Shown here one piece after another: positions 23,701 through 29,700 of a stretch of DNA of 31,866 nt. Every line of letters starts with the position of its first letter. Position 1 is the first letter of the stretch. The DNA comes from a virus. Taxonomy: Duplodnaviria; Caudoviricetes. The notes beneath the pieces were generated by a model. That model was not told the origin of the DNA. It searched no databases and worked only from the letters and a program-made list of their open reading frames with translations. Both the position numbers and the translations under genes were made by a program. The DNA lies in IMG/VR virus record IMGVR_UViG_3300020457_000045, positions 1 through 31,866 of that record; one strand, written 5' to 3'.

Positions 23701-26700
23701 CACCGTTACCAGAGAAGTTAGATCCTGAAGATCTAGGATATGGGTGTAGTGACTGATGAGCATCTAAGAAACAAGTAAATGTTAGAGACTCTTTTGCAAA
23801 TCTTATACTCTGTCCATTACGAAGATTGTGATCACCAATAGTGATCTTCATGTGTCCTGTTACAGGAGTAAATTCAGCAGCAGTAACTAAGAATGGAATT
23901 TCAGGTGTGCGTCCAACAAAGATATCAAACTCATCCTTAGATACATTCCTGATATCCATCCACTTATCACTCATTGGATCAGTAGAACGAGGATATGCAT
24001 GGACTGTAGCATTGTTGTCCATTGAGCAAGTGAAACTTACTCCACCATCAGCAACTTTAACATAATCACCAGCAGAGAATCCGTGGTCAGTAATCTTCAA
24101 TCTCATTAATCCAGTCTGACCATTATATGATGCAGTGGATATACTATGATCTGAAGATTGACGAAGTGTTGTCTTTCTATCTGTTGTTAATACTAACTTA
24201 CCATCAGCAGGAGTAAATGTAGCACCATTTACATCATATTGTTGCTCTGGTGTCTTACCTACGTTAACAACAATAGCATCATTAGTTACCCCAACAATAG
24301 GTGTTGGCTCATTGTGAATTGGGTCAACGTGACGAGGATATTGATGCACTGAAGCATGATCATCCATTGCACAAGTAAATGCTAATGATTGAGATGCAAT
24401 CTTAATGTTAGTACCTTGAGTCAAACCATGACCAGATCCAACTGTCAATGTTAATTGACCAGTAGTAGAGTTAAATGATGCAGCAGTTGGATTCCAACCT
24501 ACAGTTGGTGACTCTCCAACATTAACAGTAAATGTGCCACCAGGAATATCAGATTCAACAACATCTAACCATTTACCACTGCAAGGATCAGTAGATCTTG
24601 GATATACATGCTCACTATAATGGTTGTCCATGGAGCATGTAAATGTCATGGAGTTATCAAAGATTTGTATCTGCTCACCCTTAGTGATCTTATGACCAGG
24701 TACTGTTAAAGTAAGTAGACCCTTAGTAGCAACATATTCTGCATGAGATGCAACGTGCATATCTGCACCAACAAATCTATGCTGACCGATATCTAATTCT
24801 AATTCACCATCATTCTGATTATAAGTTGCATCAGATACGTTATATTCAATCTTAGGTGTCTGACCAACGTTAACAGTGAAACTATTATATGTTACTGCTT
24901 CTACTAACATCCAAGCATCACCAGCAGGATCCTTTGCTCTAGGATATCCGTGCTTAGTAGAATGATTATCTTGAGCACAAGTGAATATTATAGATCCATT
25001 CTTGATTTGTATTTGATCACCAGTTTGGAATCCATGTGCAGGAGACTGACATACTAATAGTCCAGTATCAGGATCATATGTAGCATCAGTTATAGTATGC
25101 ATTGTAGAGTCAGTCATACCATGGTTAGGTAGAGTGATTGACATACTACCATTCTCAGGATTGTATGATGCATCCTCTACGGTATGAGCTGTTGCTCCAA
25201 CTGCAATAACTTCTACAGCAGCATTACCAGCTGGGTCACCAGATCTAGGATAAGAATGAGTTGAAGCATTATTATCTTGATCACATGTGAAGTTTATAGA
25301 GTTAGTTGCAAGTGATAAGAAAGTACCAACGGTATGGTTGTGTGATCCAATATTGATAACCATATCTCCATTACTGCTATCATAAGCAGCATGTGAAATA
25401 TCGTATGCAATCTTAGGTGCAGGACCAACATTAACTGTAAAGGTGTTAATAGCAGCAGACTCACCAGCAACTAGAGATCCACCACCAATAGCATATCCAG
25501 CGAAGTTAGAAGAGGCGAATATTCCACCACCACCTGTTAGACCAGTATAGTTAGCACCAGGAGTTGATGCTTCACCAACAGGTGTACCATCAATCCAAAG
25601 TTTTACTCTACCACTACCAGTACCTAAGTTACCACCAATACGAATCTCCCATACTAATTCATGATCACCATCATCAAAGTATGTTGATAGGTTACTGATT
25701 TGTAGGTCAAGCATTGCAAGACCATTATCATTATGGTTTGCACCACCACTGTAACTATTGGTGCCATCACCAGCACGAAGTCTTAAATATGTGCCACTAT
25801 CTCTAATACCAAACCATGTTCCTGAAGTAGAATCACCTGCTTCAAATAAACAACAATCTATTGGGTTAGAAGGTAGTTTTGTAACACAACGGAATACTGC
25901 ATCTTCATCAGTTACAATTCCAGTGCCACTATCAGTTGTAGAAATCTTATCTTCACCAGCAATGAATGATCTAGTTACAAGACTATTAGGTTGTGCAACA
26001 ATAATACCTGTATCAGCAATAGAATTGAATAGTGAATTATTAGGTCTTGGGACAGCATCATAGAATCTTTGATCAACATTATGACCAGCAGCATTAGTAA
26101 TAACCTGACCCTTCATGGCACGAATGGCATATTCTTTTGCCTTATTCATGATCCAGATGGTCTCAGTAGATTGAGCAGTAACGTGATCTAAAGCACCATT
26201 ATAAGTTGTATAGAATTCAGCAGCATACTGCATCCAGTTGTTACCACCATACTTAAGGTTAAACGCTAATGATCTTAGAATATCAGTAACGTCATGGACA
26301 CAGTTAGCTGGACCTCCAGGAATTAGGAGATTAGGGAATTGTACAAGTCCCGCAGCAACCGCTTGCTCCGCAATATAGCGTATATTTCCATCAATAGCAT
26401 CTCCACATTTCTGATACATCACTTCACGTGGGTTTTGCTCATATGATTGTACTGGTGTTGTTTGTAAATCAGTACCTTCAATGTAGTCTCTACCAAATGC
26501 ATTACGCATGGTAAGAGTCATGATATCTCTTAATATCTTAACTACAGTTATAGATGCTTCCCACTCACCCTCAATATGCTTAAGAGAGTTATCTTCTGTC
26601 TCAATATACAATGCAGCAGCATCATATGTCTTCTCGTTACAATCAAAGCGAAGGTCATGAACCGCTGCCTCGATCATATCAAGTACGTCATCTTCACAAT

Positions 26701-29700
26701 TAACTGGACCTCCAGGAATCTGTAGATTTTCATACTTGGACAAGTCATTCATAATTGCTACGCATTCTTTAGCAATTATTCTTCTATTATTCCAAATAAC
26801 ATCAGCAGCGTCAAGGTATCTGTCGTTAGAGTTTCTACCAGTTGGACCTTGAGGATATGCTTCAGTATCAAGTACTATATTCTCATCTCTATATGCTGCT
26901 CTTGCAGTGTATAGAGGAGTATAATATTCTTCCTGAATATATGAAGGAGCAATGGCACCTAATTCAGAAGCAGCTTCACCTGAAGATAACAATAGGTTGT
27001 TGATTGCTTTCAAGCAAAGAAGCTTAGTATGCTCGAATGCATCAAGCATTGGATTAAGCTCAGCTTCAACATGAATCACATTTTGCTGACTATCAAGATA
27101 CTTATCAATAACTGCTTCAGTCTGATATGTGCCACCTGTAGCAAGGTCAGCAATTACAGCAGGAAGTATAAAGTCCTTGATATCTCTTTCACAATATGGT
27201 TGACCATATCCAGGCATCTCTAGGAAGTCAAATACGACACCATCGATATCCTTCTCATACTTATTCTGAATGAATCCAGCAACCTCTTCTGCAATATAAT
27301 CTCTATTCTTCCAAAGTTGGTAACCACCTTCTCTGAATCTCTGATCCATAGGAGCAACAACCTTAAGTAAGTTACTACCTAAGAGGTTAATCTCATCAGT
27401 TGTATTAGATGAAGCAGGTGATGCAAAATTATTAGGTATTCTCAACCTAGTACTATATTCTCCATTAAGATCAGTAGATGTGGTTGTAACAACATCTATA
27501 CAGATCTTGAATACTTCATTCCATGTATAGAGAGATTGTAGAATCTCAGCAGCGATGTGATCTAACTTACCACTAGCAGTTAAGTAAGTTCTTGCTGTGT
27601 AGATTGTATGGAAGTCTCCACCTTCTTGAAGGTCTTTAATAAGTGCTCCAAGGATGTAATCCTTAGTATCCCTTACACAAAGGTTAGTACCACCATATAC
27701 GTTATTACCAGGATCATCACCACGGATAGTAAAGTCTGGGAATGCAACCTTCATTCTACCGACTGCTTCCTCAGCAATCCAAGCAGCGTTAAGGTCAATA
27801 ATTTCAGCACATCTCTTCTGCTCTGCTCTACCAGTATCAACGTCTTCTACAATAATATCTCTTTCTGCGTAATCAACAGACTTAGCAGTTGCAGATGAAG
27901 AATTCTGACCACAGAATGTAGCATAGGTATCAGTAGTTGAGCATACAAATGGTGCTTCACCATTTAGACCAAATACGATCTTATCATCAGTATAATCAAC
28001 TGTATTAGGTGAAGTGAAGTTTGCTTGACGATCACCTACTCCTTTTTTAATTACGAAGTTATCAATATGACCAGCCCAACTATTTGCTAAGTTAAAGTCT
28101 GCTCCAACATATGCACCACCATATAGGTAATCATTAGTGTCAACGTAGTTAGATCCAACTTGTGATCCATTTACATATGCCTGAGTAACACCACTTGTCC
28201 TACAGACTGAAATATGATACCAAGTACCTGTGGTAGCAAATACATCTGTACTAAGGATACTATTGGTCGTGCCGTTATATACCTTTAATTTCTGTCCATC
28301 CATCAAGATATTCAAACCTTGAGCAGCAGATAGTCTTCTGAAGTCTACAAGTACTTGTGTGCCAACATTTGAAGCAGGACGGATCCAACCTTCAATTGTG
28401 AAGTCTCCAGTGCCAAATTCAAAGTCTTTACTCTCTGTAGCAACTATATGACCGTTAGTTGGAATATAGATGGATTTATTTCCTTCTAATTCAGCTTTCT
28501 TGATTATTACACTTTGAGAGCAATTTGTGTTTGTGAGAGTTGAGTTAGTAAGATATTCACCATTTTGGAAGGTACCAGTAATTGGACCTGCAAATAACCA
28601 CTTAAGACCAGAATTAACTCCAACTGCACTGAATACTGCATTAGATGTAATACCTTTGATTTGATCGTTAGTTATGAATAATCCTGTTGACTTATCCTTA
28701 TATGCAAGTTTTGTAGTCCTTACAGTCTCATTAGCAACAAATGTGCCGTCAGAAACAAGTGCAAGAGCATTAACGTTGGTTAAGTTACCAGCAGTCATTG
28801 CAGTTGTTGCAATACCACTTAAAGTGTCAATATAAGATTTAACGTTAGCACAGTTGTTAACATCCTGATTATTACCAGATGCATAGTTTGCGTCGTAAGT
28901 ATTAGCAGGAGCAACACCACCAGAGTAAGTAGTAGGATCATTAAGGTTATAACCAGCAGTATTGAGTTCCTTCCAATACATTAGGTTATTGATCGCTGAA
29001 TACATTAATGTCTTTGCAGACTCAAATGCCCAGACTGCTTCTGCCTCTTCTCCAACAATACCGTTAGTTAGAGGGACACCAGCATCATCGAAGAATTTTT
29101 TAGTAAATTCAACGATATTATAGTTACCACCAGATCCTACATCTTCAGAAATAGCATCGATGAAATATCCAAGGTCACGACGACATTTCTCTTGATGAGG
29201 TGAATATGTGCCTTCTGTTTCATCAGGAAGTTCAGTTAGAGAAGAAATATTCAATGCTTCGTCTATAAACTCCCAAAGTGTTGTAAGTGCAGATTGTACA
29301 TCTGAGCAATTCTCAGAATCAGTATTAGAGGTATTAGAGCCAGCAGTGCCATAAGCATCGTTAGGTGATGGGTCAGCAGTGATTGTAAGGTCTTGATAAG
29401 CAACCCAAGAGTCTCCAGAGTTAACAGCGTTAATTGTGCCTGAATAACCGTTAGCAAGAGCAACTAAACAACGATCTTTAGCCTTTTCGTATGCAAAGCG
29501 AGTTTCGGCCGCTTGGGCATTAACGTAGGTTAAATTACCGTTAGTATCAAAGAATTGTTGGATAAACTTACGAGCATAACGATTACCACCTGCATACATG
29601 TCAATAGTGATTGCATCGATGAATAATCCGATATCTCTCTTACATTTGTCATCTGAAGGAATAGAAGATGAAGGATACTGAGTCTTCATGTCATCGAATG

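Noticed and set aside
15548-25447. Recurrent DNA words such as (c/t)taggata / ttggata and acaaatgtatg that could suggest a CRISPR array or non-coding repeat
   Set aside because: They encode the YPR and HTFV protein motifs, vary at synonymous positions, are irregularly spaced and lie within an open reading frame.
15548-25447. Assembly artefact producing scrambled repeats
   Set aside because: Copies are highly diverged at the DNA level, the frame is unbroken over 20 kb, and random mis-joins would not give a fully balanced nested parse. Read-level confirmation is still advisable.
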